DNA of 64,000 nt from a virus. Made by a program: the position numbers and the translations under genes. Within the stretch, counting starts at the first letter, position 1, and every line of letters begins with the position of its first letter. Of this stretch, positions 55,101-64,000 are shown piece by piece. Location of the stretch: IMG/VR virus record IMGVR_UViG_2784132095_000001; one strand, given 5' to 3'. Below the pieces are notes generated by a model that saw only the letters and a program-made list of their open reading frames with translations, ran no database searches and was not told the DNA's origin.

Positions 55101-58100
55101 CGGAACGTCGGCGGGAAATCCTTCAAGATGAACTTCGACTATGGGTATATCAAGGGAACGACCGGCGCCGACAAAGAGCATATCGACGTTTACCTCGGGC
55201 CCAACCTGGAATCGGAAAAGATCTTTGTCGTCAACCAGGTCGATCCCGATAAGAACAAATTTGATGAGCAAAAGGTCATGCTCGGATTCTCTTCCCCGGA
55301 AGAGGCCAAAACCGCCTACCTGAAACAGTACGACAATCCTGCCTTTTTCGGGTCAATGGTCGAAGTGAGTATGGAGGATTTCAAGGCGCGGATAAATGGC
55401 GGGGGGAAATTGATTGAACCGGCGGAGGTAATCAAGCTTCGAAAGCGGCTTTACGATGAGGGGGAGAAAAAGAAGCAGACGGGAAACCGGGAGCGGTTGA
55501 AAAACCTTCTCTCAGGCCGCGGTGGAATGATTGAAACCGATGCGGAGAGAAAAGCGCGGGAAGAAAAAAGCGCTTCCATTCAACAAGCGGAAGAGAGTAA
55601 GATAATTGCGTCGCCACAGGAGACAGCCGATGAGCCTGGATCAGTTCGGCCAACAAGCCAAAGCCCACTGGAAGGAACACCTTCCGAAGAAGTATCGTCA
55701 ACTCTCAGCAGCGGGGACGCTGGAGAAGGAACTTCTCGAAGCCCAAGAGAAGACGCACGACGAGATCAACCGTCTGATGACACAGGGGTTGACGTTCGAC
55801 GAGGCCTGGGAGCTGACGAGGGAGAAATATCTTCTCCTTCCACCGGAGAAGGGGTAGCCCGAAACCAATCCCACCAAGGGAAGCCCGCCGGGTACGACTA
55901 CATTATCCGTCCGGAGATCGACAACCTCGAAGAGGGCGGGCCCAAAGGTAAGTTCAAGCGAAACCTCGACGCGCTCAAACTCCTTAAAAACATCGAAGCG
56001 GAAGGACGTCTTGCCACCCCGGAAGAACAGGCCGTTCTTGTCAAATATGTCGGTTGGGGCGGGATGCCGGCCGCCTTCAACGAATGGGGCGACTGGTCGG
56101 ACGAGAACCGCCGTTTAAAAGAAGTCCTTACCGAGCAGGAATACGAGCAAGCGCGCGCAACCACACCGAACGCGCACTATACCTCTCCGGCAGTTATCGC
56201 GGGGATCTATAAGGCGCTGCAGCGTTTCGGATTCAATGGGGGGCGCGTCATTGAGCCGTCCATGGGGGTCGGTCACTTCTTCGGATTGATGCCGCAAGAG
56301 ATGGCGGCGCGATCGACCCGGACCGGCGTTGAAATCGACTCTCTCACTGGCCGGATTGCTCGCCAACTCTACCAGACCGCCGACATTCGCATTCAGGGTT
56401 TTGAAGACACGAAGCTTCCGAACAACTTTTTCGATGTCGCCGTGGGTAATGTTCCTTTCGGCGATTTTAAAGTAAACGACCTTCCTTATAACAAACATAA
56501 TCTCTTCATCCACGATTACTTTTTCGTGAAGTCACTCGACAAGGTTCGTCCGGGTGGTGTGCTCGCCTTTATCACCTCCTCCGGCAGCATGAACAGCGGC
56601 CGATCTGAGAAGATGCGCCGGTTGATGGCTGAACAAACAGAATTCATCGGCGCGATTCGTCTCCCCTCCTCGGCGTTCAAAAAGATCGCCAACACCGAAG
56701 TCACAACCGATGTGATCTTTCTTCGAAAGCTTCTTCCTGGGGAGAAGCCGACCGGACCCGCCTGGATTGAATCGAAGGACAGCGATTTCAAGGGAGAGGG
56801 CGGGGTACCTCTTAGAAACAACGAATACTTCATCGCTCATCCCGAGATGATGCTGGGGAAGGTGACTGACGACAAATTACATCCGGGCCGGATGGGGTTG
56901 GCGCCGGACGGCCGCGATTTAACGCAGGCCATTGAGGAGGCGGTTTCCCGTCTTCCTGAGAACGTTTTTAGGGATGCTCCAAAGAAGACCGTTCAGGAAA
57001 TTCTCGAAAGGCTTCCGGCTCCGGAGGATGTCAAACCCGGCGCGTTTACCCTCCAGGACGGAAAACTTTACATGGAGAAGGGCGGGCAGCTCGTCGCCCC
57101 CATGACGGCGACCGATCGGCCGATTGAGGGGGTGGCCGCCGAACGCGTTAAAGGGATGATCGCAATTCGGGATGCGGTTCGTGAAGTGATCCGCACTCAG
57201 ATGATGGAGTCTTCCGAAGAAAATATTCTTCGCACACGGAAGCAGTTAAATCAAACCTACGATCGATTCGTTAAAAAATACGGCTATATCAATTCACAGC
57301 CGAATAACGTGGTTTTCCGAAACGATCCGGATTACTACACCCTGGCCGCGCTCGAGAAGTGGGACAAAGAAGCGAAGACCGCGACCAAGGCGGACATATT
57401 CAGCAAGCGGACCATCGAAAGAAACCTCCGTGCCAGCCGGGTCGATACCTCAAAAGAGGCGATGCTCGCTTCTTTAAACGAGATGGGCCGGCTTGATTTT
57501 GACCGAATGCGGGAGTTGACCGGAAAGAGCGACGCCGATCTTCAATCCGAGTTAAAGGGATTGATCTTTCTCAATCCGGAAGGAAGTTGGGAGTCCGCCG
57601 ACGAGTACCTTTCCGGCAATGTGCGGGAGAAACTTAAGGCCGCGGAGGGGGCTGCTGCTGCAGATCCACGGTTTAAAGAAAATGTCGAAGCTCTCAAAGC
57701 GGTTCAGCCGGAAGAATTGACCGCCGGAAAGATCGATCTTCGCCTCGGTGCTTCCTGGGTGCCGCCGTCTGATGTGCGCGATTTTATAAAACACCTTCTT
57801 GGGATCGATACCAGGGTCGGCTATTCGGCGGGGATGGCAACGTGGTCGGCTAATTTTGTCCGCGGAAATCTTGACTCAACCGCCAACCAAACCCAATACG
57901 GTACCTCTCGCTATTCCGGACTTTCTCTGATTCAGGATACGCTCAATCTGAAAACCGCGCGAGTCTATGACACCTTCCGGGAACCGGGTGGCGGGGAGAG
58001 ATCCGTCCTTAACGAAAAAGAAACCCTAGCCGCACAGGAAAAACAGGAAGCGATCAAGCAAGCGTTTAAGAAGTGGGCGTTTGAGGATCAGGAACGGGCC

Positions 58101-61100
58101 GAACGGCTGGTGAAGATTTACAACGAGCGGTTTAATTCCATTCGGACTCGGCAGTATGACGGCAGCCATTTAACCCTTCCTGGCGCTTCTCCTATTATCC
58201 AGCTTCGCCCCCATCAGAAAGACGGAATCTGGAGAATCGTTCAATCCGGAAATACCCTCCTGGCGCACGTTGTTGGCGCTGGAAAGACCTTCACGATGAT
58301 CGGTGGGGCGATGGAGCTGCGCCGGCTGGGGATCGTTAAAAAGCCGGTTTTTGTCGTTCCGAACCATCTTGTCGGTGAGTGGGGAAATCAATTCCTTCGT
58401 CTCTATCCCGCCGCCAACATTTTGGTTACGACCAAAGCCGACTTCGAGAAGAAGAACCGTCAACGGCTGATGGGGAAGATCGCAACCGGTGATTGGGACG
58501 GGGTGATCGTCGCCCATAGCGCCTTTACGAAGCTTCCCGTCAGCGATGAAACAGTAATCGAATTCCTCGAACGGGAATTGACTGTATTGAGAGATTTCCT
58601 CGAAGAGGCAAAGCGAGAAGCCGGTAAGAGCGGAAACCAGATCGTCAAGGAGTTGGAGAAAGCGAAAAAGCGTCTTGAGGCAAAAATAGATGCGCGCCAT
58701 GACGCCATTAAAGCACGGGCCGATCGCGGGGTGAGTTTCGAAGAAACCGGGATCGACATGTTGTTGGTCGACGAAGCCGACCTTTTTAAAAATCTTTTCT
58801 TTCCCACCAAAATGACGCGCGTGGCCGGACTCGCTCGATCGGAGAGTGAACGCGCCTTTGATATGTATATTAAGACGCAGCTGATCAATAAACTCACAAA
58901 CGGCCGCGGGATCGTCTTCGCCACCGGAACACCGGTCAGTAACACCATGGCTGAGGTGTTCACAATGCAACGGTATCTGCAGCCTCAAACCCTGGAAGGG
59001 CAGGGGCTCTCTCATTTCGATGCCTGGGCGTCTCAATTCGGCGATACGGTCACCGCTTTGGAGCAATCCCCAACTGGCGCCACTTTCCGCATGAATACCC
59101 GGTTTGCCAAGTTTACCAACGTGCCCGAGCTCATGTCGATGTTCATGCAGACGATGGACCTGAAAAACCGGGAGATGCTGAACCTTCCGACCCCCAAGAT
59201 CAAGGGTGGGAAACCGGAGATGGTCATCGCCAAGGCGACGAACGAATTGAGGCGGTTTGTCGAAATTCTGGAAAAACGTGGACAGGCGATCAAGGAAAGG
59301 AAGGTTAAGCCGGAAGAAGACAACATGCTCAAGATTACGGGTGACGGCAGGAAGGCCTCGCTCGATATTCGCCTGGTTCAGCCGATGGCGCCGGAAGCAA
59401 AATCCGGAAAGGTCAACCTTGCAATTCGAAACGTGGTCGATATTTGGGAAAAGACGGCCAACGTGAGGGGAGCGCAATTGGTCTTCCTGGATCTCTCCAC
59501 CCCGAAAGGTCAAAAGGAGGCTGGCGATAAAGAAGCGCCGAAACCTCCCGCGTCGGAAGGGGTTGAAGAGGCTCCACTGAAAGACGAAGGAGAGGCGGAT
59601 CGGGCGGTAGAAACCGCTGAGGAAGCGTCGCTTCGCGGATCGGTCTACAACGATATAAAGCGAAAACTGATTCTGCAGGGAATCCCGGAGAATGAAATCG
59701 CCTTCATCCACGATGCCGATACAGACGCAAAGAAAGAGCAACTCTTCAAGAATGTGAATTCCGGCAAGGTCCGGATTCTGATGGGATCAACCGAGAAGAT
59801 GGGGGCCGGCACCAACGTTCAGGAGCGTCTTGTCGCTCTTCATCACCTGGATGCGCCGTGGCGACCGCGCGACCTTGAACAGAGAGAAGGCCGGATCATC
59901 CGGCAGGGGAATAAACTCTACGAGGCCGACCCCGAGAATTTTCAGATTCAAATCTTCCGCTATGCGACCGAAGCGCCTTCTTTCGACCTGTATATGTGGC
60001 AGCAACTTGAATCGAAAGCGAAGATGATCGCTCAGGTCATGAGTGGCCGCACCGACATTCGGGAAATCGAAGACATCGGGGATCAGTCGATTCGGTCGAT
60101 CGAGGAGATGAAAGCGGCGACCTCCGGAAATCCCCTTCTTAAAGAAAAGGTGGAAGCCGATTTTGAAATCCGAAAACTCTCTCTGCTGAAATCCCAGCAC
60201 GATGACGCGCAATTCCGGCTGCGCCGCCGGCTTTCTGAAATGGGAAGCGATATCCCCAGGGATAAGCGGAACCTTGAATTGCTCAAAGCGGATATCGCCC
60301 ATCGGGACAAAAACAAATCCGAAAAGTTCAAGATGGAGGTCGGCGGGAAGGTTTATACCGAACGAAAGGATGCCGGCGAGCAAATCGTCCGGATCGGCGC
60401 CGGGTTGCAGGCCGATAAGAAGTATGATCAGTGGCAACCGATCGGACGGTACAACGGGTTTAATCTAGAGGTTGGGGCCTATGCTCTTGATATTTCCATC
60501 CGGATGAGCCGGCCGGGCGGGATGTATCATTATGCCAACGTAACGGATACCTTTCAGGGGACCATTGCCAGCATTGACGCCACTCTCCGCGGAATGGAAG
60601 CAGCCCAGGAAAAGATCGAGCGCAGGATTGATAAAAACGAAAAAGACGTCGAGGAAGTTAAGAAAGAAATCGGAAAGCCCTTCGAGCAAGAGGATCGGCT
60701 TAACAATCTGGTTGCGCGATCGGCCGAAATCGAAAAGATTTTAAAAACTCCCGTTCCGGAAGCACCGAAGACCGATGAACCGCAAGCGCCGGCCGAAGAG
60801 GGGGAGGCAGAGTTTTCGGTTGCCCGCGGCGCTTTTCGCCTGACAAACGATCAATACCGGAAGATCGTCGCCGACCTTCAACGGATCATCGCTCCCGGAA
60901 GCCGGGTCGTTCTGAAAGGTCAAATCACGGCCAATGCCGAAGGAAACGAGAAAGCCCTTGCCTCCTGGGGGATGGGTGATACTACCGGCGATATCAGGCT
61001 GGCCGGCCTTCACCGGACCGTCCGGTTGGACAATGGTCAACTGGCCTCCCTGATTCAACTCTCCCTGCGCGACATGAACGAGGGTACCCCCTATCATGAA

Positions 61101-64000
61101 GCGTGGCACTCCGTCGAAAACCTTCTTCTCTCCGACAAAGAGATTGAGACCCTGCGCGCTGCCTTCCCCGAAAAAGATTGGGTAGCGTCGACCGAGCGCA
61201 CCGCGGACGCCTTCGCCGATTGGGTGGCGAAGAAGAAGATCGAAGCCCCGGGCCGGGTGCGGCTGCTCTTCCTGAAAATCCGGACCTTCTTCGAGAAGCT
61301 GAGAAACGCGCTCCGCGGCCGTGGGTTTAATTCTGTCGAAGTCCTCTTTGAAAAAGCCTTCGCTGGGGAGCTGCGGGATCGAACGACACGCGGCCAAGTT
61401 GGGGGAGAGAGTTTCTCTGTCAAAAAGTACAAAACCCCCGAAGAGGCGAAACAGGCGACCCTCGAAGCGCGGAAGGAGAAAGAGGAAAAGCGCAACCTCA
61501 AAATCAAGCTGCGCGCCGCGGAGAAAGCATCGAAAGAAGGCTTCCGCGCGGGTGTCTCGGAGGAGCGCGCCAAAGCCAATGCCAAAATCGCCGAGATGAA
61601 GCGGGACCGGACGGCCATTGTCAATCGCCTGAAAAACACCTTCGCTGAAAAGTTGGAGGAAATCGGCCGGGTCCAGGAGTTGAAAGACCTGAAAGCCGAC
61701 ATTCTTACCCGAAACGTCGAATCGATCAAGCAGGAAATCGCCGACTACGCCAAGAAGCACCTTCCGATGGAAGCCCGCGGGGCGATGCTCTCGAACGTGG
61801 CGAAGGCGAAAACTCACGCCGACCTGGTTCGCGCGTTCGCTCGGATCGATAAAATCGCCGAACAGGTGGAGAGAAAGGGGCTCATTGCCGAATTCAAAGA
61901 CGTTCTGCAGCGAATCTCGGAGAGCAACACGATCGCCGTTCCCTACCGGAATCGAATCCGGGATCTTCTCTCGAGCCTCGAATTTTCAGAGGGCCGATAC
62001 CGGCGCGCGAAAGCGCTGATGATCGACGGCGAAATGGATCCGGCCACCGAAGCGATGATGGAAGCGATGTCCGTTCTTGCGCGCCGGCCGCTCTCCGATT
62101 TATCGAATGATGAAATCCGGGCGATGCTGGAAGAAATCGTTCTGCTGGAAGAGCTGGGCCGGCAGGCCGAAATTACCAGAAAAGAGCTTTGGGAAGCCCG
62201 TAAAGAGGCGATTAAGGAAGCGGTGGTTTCCGGGACGGTCCCGATCGAGAAGCCCGAAGGAAAAGCCCTTGCCGCCGCCCAGCACATCGATTTGGCTGTC
62301 ACTCCGATGGATGCCCTCATTGACCGGTTGGACGGGGGAAAGGGGTCGTATGACGGCGCCAACATGACCTATTTCAAAAAGCCGATCGATTCCGCCTGGG
62401 GGAAATTCCTCGATGCGATCGACCCGATCAAAAAACAGGCCTGGGAGAAAGCGGGAAAGCTGCAGCTGACGAACGAGGATTTCGAGCGGATCGGGATCTA
62501 CGCCGCGGATCAACAGGAAGGGGGCCGGGAGAAGCTTTTAAACAACGGGTTAACCGAAGAGGAGATCGACGCGATTCAGCTCCGTCCTTCCGAAATGGAA
62601 TTCTACCAGTGGATGAGGAAGAAGCTCGATCTGCTGTGGCCGCGGATCGCAAAGATCATGGCCGACGTTTACGGAAAACCCTTTGGGAAGGTGAAGAACT
62701 ATTTCAGCTTCATGACCGATTGGGAAAAGCTGACCGAGATGGAGGTGGTTTCCCGGTTGATCGAAGCGCCGGAGTATGCCCCTCGGACGAAACACCCTGA
62801 AATGAGCTTTACAAAATCCAGGATCGGAGCCGGAAAGCAGAGGATCAAATTAAACGCCATGGAGATCTTCCTCCGCCATACCGAGAACGCCGAATACCTT
62901 CTCAATATGGGACCGACCGTGAAAATGCTCTACGAGGTCGCCAACTCCAAGGAGTACGGAGCGGCCGCCGGCGATCGGGGGCAATCGCTGATGGTTCAGT
63001 GGTTGGATCTGATTGCGCGGAAGGGAGGCATTCAGGGGGACCGGCAGATTGCCATTCTCGACATTCTTCGTCGCAACGTGGGGGTGGCGACCATGTCGTT
63101 TAAGGTCTCCTCGGCGCTGGTGCAGCCCTCCTCGATCGTCACCGGGGCGTCGATGATCGGCCGCTACGCCTTCACCGGCAGTATGGACGTGGCGACGTCG
63201 AAGCGGTGGCGTGAATTTCTCACAAAGAATTTCCCGGAGATTAGAGACAGAGAAGCCGACGATCCGGCCTTTATGGAGCTGTCCGACCGGAAATGGTTGG
63301 CCCGGATGACGAAGATCGGACTCGGACCCCTCAAAAAGCTGGACCTGTACGCCGCCTCTGCGATCACCGCCGGCGCCTACCGGAAATACCTCAATGAGCA
63401 CGGACAAACCCTGGATTTCGAGAAGCCGAACAAGGACGCCATTGCCTATGCCGAATTGATGCTGCGGCGCACCCAGGCCTCGATGTTCTTCAAGGATACC
63501 CCTCTGGCGATCTCCCGCGGCGCGCTGACGGGAAACCGATCACTCGATAAAGTGCTCTTCCAGTTTCAAAACTTCGCGCTGAATAACTGGAGCCTGATTC
63601 GCCATGATCTTTGGCGCGCCGGCATCCGGGAGCGTAATCCCGCCAAAGCGGTCCGAATCTTCACCTGGTTGACCCTGGCGACCCTCGCCGAGGTCGGACT
63701 TCGGGATCTGGCCGGGTTCCTGACGGGAATGGATGATGATGATCCAGTCGAAAAAGAAATGGTCCAAGAAGCATTGAACAAGGTTCCCTTCCTCTCTCAT
63801 TTGGTTTCAGCGATCGTGTATCAGGATGTGCCGATCCCGGTTGTTTCTACGTTGATGCGAATCCCGAAAGGGATTGGAAGAATGTTGTTCGGCAAAGAGC
63901 CGGAGACGAAGGCGCGCGGCCTCGTCACGGCGGTAGAAGGAGCGGGGCGGGTGGCCGGGATTCCTGGGGCTGCTCAGGTGGGGCAAACAGCAAGGGAAGC
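52191..64000 (+). CDS. Giant polyvalent virion-type protein, at least 3936 aa (3' end outside window; missing from ORF track)
   Basis: ATG at 52191. All domains translated by hand lie in this frame, and the track lists no stop-terminated ORF in it. Confidence 0.9.
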   Translation, partial: MPIIPKDQIQFDETDASASPPGGQIYKPDQIRFDDEPAQGKGLSVAGAGRPGIGLKPAHETLPGADAETMRDQPATWGETLKAIPELTYQAGKEAVGGIAQMVGEGRSTPDPMGGIVLKIAEELMPGLKTPPPPRDEAISQFGERLGAEARARSEEITPKNQTFWQKATTQAGISLGSMIPGTIASIIAGNPAPLVGSFAAQEAGQSYSEARSKGLPEGQAALYAQLNGVIEAGTEYLPAKVLFKSGTGPFKRLLNLYAAELPGENIATLSQSLNAYVNGLDPNLTGGELIERMKLTTGSTMISAGVQGGISTVGNRMAGRRGLPVEAPKATPPPTGKPPASPTEPPTFTPTHILPDGTVTQKVEEGVVVDRQGNLYSEEDATPTPGQRRPPDTSFRARDLSEIPGETPIGRGLPVEPVAAASPVEAPTDVDLLVPTDQPIPPPGRGLSLETPEALAPRVEADLTTGQVIEQPEAVRPTPVETPQVVPDAPTGPISPEIERPRPQQTIPSIRQEVEVLDEEAEDIPQPKEMDEKSPLGLKGTDKNTSLAAFVRAAGGINETQMAGDVRQRFSIREGFNLVNRKTGLPLDRLRQMAAQHGFVPEDSTPADFLEALRRDADSLKALGKGSVFSRYYSPDLPGFDSPEAKAFERRTDIKKRKIVNRMTPEEMRKELLTSAKTGIPNDRAYEEAIDNTTDKGRPHRRDVQAMIDMDGLKWVNDNLGHEAGDAFLRAIGDAIKESEIEGYHLSGDEFAAQFDREVDAYAKMEILRDVLRNGIVTVEYADGSSRQFKGLEFSYGVGSERTAADTALYSDKARRRESGERAKTSTEPPPSLVEITPPESGADNRGTPGPQDRGGSETETEDFRLTSPEAPPEEQPKAPTAQQGEMFPGSETMQTGTRPIIAEETGEFFKPLEPEIEQPSLLDQKLEEAREQVDTSPSEAQIEAGNYQKGHLRINGLDISIENPKGSTRNVGGKSFKMNFDYGYIKGTTGADKEHIDVYLGPNLESEKIFVVNQVDPDKNKFDEQKVMLGFSSPEEAKTAYLKQYDNPAFFGSMVEVSMEDFKARINGGGKLIEPAEVIKLRKRLYDEGEKKKQTGNRERLKNLLSGRGGMIETDAERKAREEKSASIQQAEESKIIASPQETADEPGSVRPTSQSPLEGTPSEEVSSTLSSGDAGEGTSRSPREDARRDQPSDDTGVDVRRGLGADEGEISSPSTGEGVARNQSHQGKPAGYDYIIRPEIDNLEEGGPKGKFKRNLDALKLLKNIEAEGRLATPEEQAVLVKYVGWGGMPAAFNEWGDWSDENRRLKEVLTEQEYEQARATTPNAHYTSPAVIAGIYKALQRFGFNGGRVIEPSMGVGHFFGLMPQEMAARSTRTGVEIDSLTGRIARQLYQTADIRIQGFEDTKLPNNFFDVAVGNVPFGDFKVNDLPYNKHNLFIHDYFFVKSLDKVRPGGVLAFITSSGSMNSGRSEKMRRLMAEQTEFIGAIRLPSSAFKKIANTEVTTDVIFLRKLLPGEKPTGPAWIESKDSDFKGEGGVPLRNNEYFIAHPEMMLGKVTDDKLHPGRMGLAPDGRDLTQAIEEAVSRLPENVFRDAPKKTVQEILERLPAPEDVKPGAFTLQDGKLYMEKGGQLVAPMTATDRPIEGVAAERVKGMIAIRDAVREVIRTQMMESSEENILRTRKQLNQTYDRFVKKYGYINSQPNNVVFRNDPDYYTLAALEKWDKEAKTATKADIFSKRTIERNLRASRVDTSKEAMLASLNEMGRLDFDRMRELTGKSDADLQSELKGLIFLNPEGSWESADEYLSGNVREKLKAAEGAAAADPRFKENVEALKAVQPEELTAGKIDLRLGASWVPPSDVRDFIKHLLGIDTRVGYSAGMATWSANFVRGNLDSTANQTQYGTSRYSGLSLIQDTLNLKTARVYDTFREPGGGERSVLNEKETLAAQEKQEAIKQAFKKWAFEDQERAERLVKIYNERFNSIRTRQYDGSHLTLPGASPIIQLRPHQKDGIWRIVQSGNTLLAHVVGAGKTFTMIGGAMELRRLGIVKKPVFVVPNHLVGEWGNQFLRLYPAANILVTTKADFEKKNRQRLMGKIATGDWDGVIVAHSAFTKLPVSDETVIEFLERELTVLRDFLEEAKREAGKSGNQIVKELEKAKKRLEAKIDARHDAIKARADRGVSFEETGIDMLLVDEADLFKNLFFPTKMTRVAGLARSESERAFDMYIKTQLINKLTNGRGIVFATGTPVSNTMAEVFTMQRYLQPQTLEGQGLSHFDAWASQFGDTVTALEQSPTGATFRMNTRFAKFTNVPELMSMFMQTMDLKNREMLNLPTPKIKGGKPEMVIAKATNELRRFVEILEKRGQAIKERKVKPEEDNMLKITGDGRKASLDIRLVQPMAPEAKSGKVNLAIRNVVDIWEKTANVRGAQLVFLDLSTPKGQKEAGDKEAPKPPASEGVEEAPLKDEGEADRAVETAEEASLRGSVYNDIKRKLILQGIPENEIAFIHDADTDAKKEQLFKNVNSGKVRILMGSTEKMGAGTNVQERLVALHHLDAPWRPRDLEQREGRIIRQGNKLYEADPENFQIQIFRYATEAPSFDLYMWQQLESKAKMIAQVMSGRTDIREIEDIGDQSIRSIEEMKAATSGNPLLKEKVEADFEIRKLSLLKSQHDDAQFRLRRRLSEMGSDIPRDKRNLELLKADIAHRDKNKSEKFKMEVGGKVYTERKDAGEQIVRIGAGLQADKKYDQWQPIGRYNGFNLEVGAYALDISIRMSRPGGMYHYANVTDTFQGTIASIDATLRGMEAAQEKIERRIDKNEKDVEEVKKEIGKPFEQEDRLNNLVARSAEIEKILKTPVPEAPKTDEPQAPAEEGEAEFSVARGAFRLTNDQYRKIVADLQRIIAPGSRVVLKGQITANAEGNEKALASWGMGDTTGDIRLAGLHRTVRLDNGQLASLIQLSLRDMNEGTPYHEAWHSVENLLLSDKEIETLRAAFPEKDWVASTERTADAFADWVAKKKIEAPGRVRLLFLKIRTFFEKLRNALRGRGFNSVEVLFEKAFAGELRDRTTRGQVGGESFSVKKYKTPEEAKQATLEARKEKEEKRNLKIKLRAAEKASKEGFRAGVSEERAKANAKIAEMKRDRTAIVNRLKNTFAEKLEEIGRVQELKDLKADILTRNVESIKQEIADYAKKHLPMEARGAMLSNVAKAKTHADLVRAFARIDKIAEQVERKGLIAEFKDVLQRISESNTIAVPYRNRIRDLLSSLEFSEGRYRRAKALMIDGEMDPATEAMMEAMSVLARRPLSDLSNDEIRAMLEEIVLLEELGRQAEITRKELWEARKEAIKEAVVSGTVPIEKPEGKALAAAQHIDLAVTPMDALIDRLDGGKGSYDGANMTYFKKPIDSAWGKFLDAIDPIKKQAWEKAGKLQLTNEDFERIGIYAADQQEGGREKLLNNGLTEEEIDAIQLRPSEMEFYQWMRKKLDLLWPRIAKIMADVYGKPFGKVKNYFSFMTDWEKLTEMEVVSRLIEAPEYAPRTKHPEMSFTKSRIGAGKQRIKLNAMEIFLRHTENAEYLLNMGPTVKMLYEVANSKEYGAAAGDRGQSLMVQWLDLIARKGGIQGDRQIAILDILRRNVGVATMSFKVSSALVQPSSIVTGASMIGRYAFTGSMDVATSKRWREFLTKNFPEIRDREADDPAFMELSDRKWLARMTKIGLGPLKKLDLYAASAITAGAYRKYLNEHGQTLDFEKPNKDAIAYAELMLRRTQASMFFKDTPLAISRGALTGNRSLDKVLFQFQNFALNNWSLIRHDLWRAGIRERNPAKAVRIFTWLTLATLAEVGLRDLAGFLTGMDDDDPVEKEMVQEALNKVPFLSHLVSAIVYQDVPIPVVSTLMRIPKGIGRMLFGKEPETKARGLVTAVEGAGRVAGIPGAAQVGQTARE
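54207..54638 (+). other. GGDEF (diguanylate cyclase-like) domain within the giant ORF
   Basis: TGIPNDRAY...[23 protein letters not shown]...YHLSGDEF (54432-54446)...FSYG...ADTALYSDK. Confidence 0.88.
54990..55395 (+). other. Inorganic-pyrophosphatase-like (InPase) domain within the giant ORF
   Basis: [15 protein letters not shown]...[11 protein letters not shown]...[21 protein letters not shown]...[10 protein letters not shown]. Confidence 0.85.
55630..55857 (+). CDS. Overprinted (+1 frame) 75-aa gene, TnpV-like helical protein
   Basis: SD AGGAG 7 nt before the [28 protein letters not shown]...[18 protein letters not shown]; the main frame here is a low-complexity linker. Confidence 0.7.
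   Translation: MSLDQFGQQAKAHWKEHLPKKYRQLSAAGTLEKELLEAQEKTHDEINRLMTQGLTFDEAWELTREKYLLLPPEKG
55920..56800 (+). other. N6-adenine methyltransferase domain (DarB-like)
   Basis: YVGWGG, NAHYTS, EPSMGVG (56253-56273), NVPF (56448-56459). Boundaries approximate. Confidence 0.9.
58200..60050 (+). other. SNF2/SWI2-type helicase domains (DarB-like)
   Basis: AHVVGAGKT (58263-58289), DEAD (58770-58781), [24 protein letters not shown] (59880-59912). Boundaries approximate. Confidence 0.92.
60850..61380 (+). other. Zincin-like metallopeptidase domain
   Basis: HEAWH (61095-61109) with downstream ERTADAF. Boundaries approximate. Confidence 0.7.

Noticed and set aside
61082-61091. GGGTACCCCC match to the leader motif
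   Set aside because: Inside the peptidase coding sequence, with no following hairpin or T-tract; likely chance.
55898-63800. Many minus-strand ORFs, including 58170-59741 (523 aa) and 60741-61817 (358 aa)
   Set aside because: Antisense to the motif-bearing giant ORF; explained by its codon bias.
1-64000. tRNA, rRNA, IS elements or intron/retron reverse transcriptases
   Set aside because: No T-loop cloverleaf, transposase or RT motifs were seen by eye; tRNAscan-SE and cmscan would be needed to exclude divergent ones.

Overview
This 64-kb window is almost entirely one temperate, podovirus-like phage or prophage. Neither end is visible and the host cannot be identified from the sequence. Left to right: (1) a tyrosine integrase running off the left edge and absent from the ORF track; (2) a CI/Cro-type switch with a consensus promoter and two operator palindromes; (3) a long early region with pentapeptide-repeat, J-domain, CCA-like nucleotidyltransferase, KTSC, SSB-like, nuclease, PAPS-reductase, ASCH, DUF5131 and Lar-like genes, two DNA methyltransferases, an SF2 helicase, an initiator and a PrimPol-SF4 helicase; (4) a short reverse-strand operon with a ribbon-helix-helix gene; (5) terminase, a cassette of signal-peptide proteins, portal, scaffold, capsid, short-tail and ejection genes; (6) a single ORF of at least 3936 codons from 52191 off the right edge, also absent from the track. 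Translated by hand, this giant ORF carries, in order, a GGDEF-type cyclase domain (SGDEF, no I-site), an inorganic-pyrophosphatase-like domain, a DarB-like N6 methyltransferase plus SNF2 helicase, and an HExxH metallopeptidase. A separate small gene with its own SD is overprinted in the +1 frame inside one linker. Other signals: five copies of a conserved leader plus terminator hairpin upstream of late modules, a 29-bp palindrome shared by the RHH gene and the capsid-operon leader, a ~173-nt structured RNA candidate in the early operon, and two small proteins resembling anti-defence nucleotide sponges. Family names come from motif recognition only; no database search was run.
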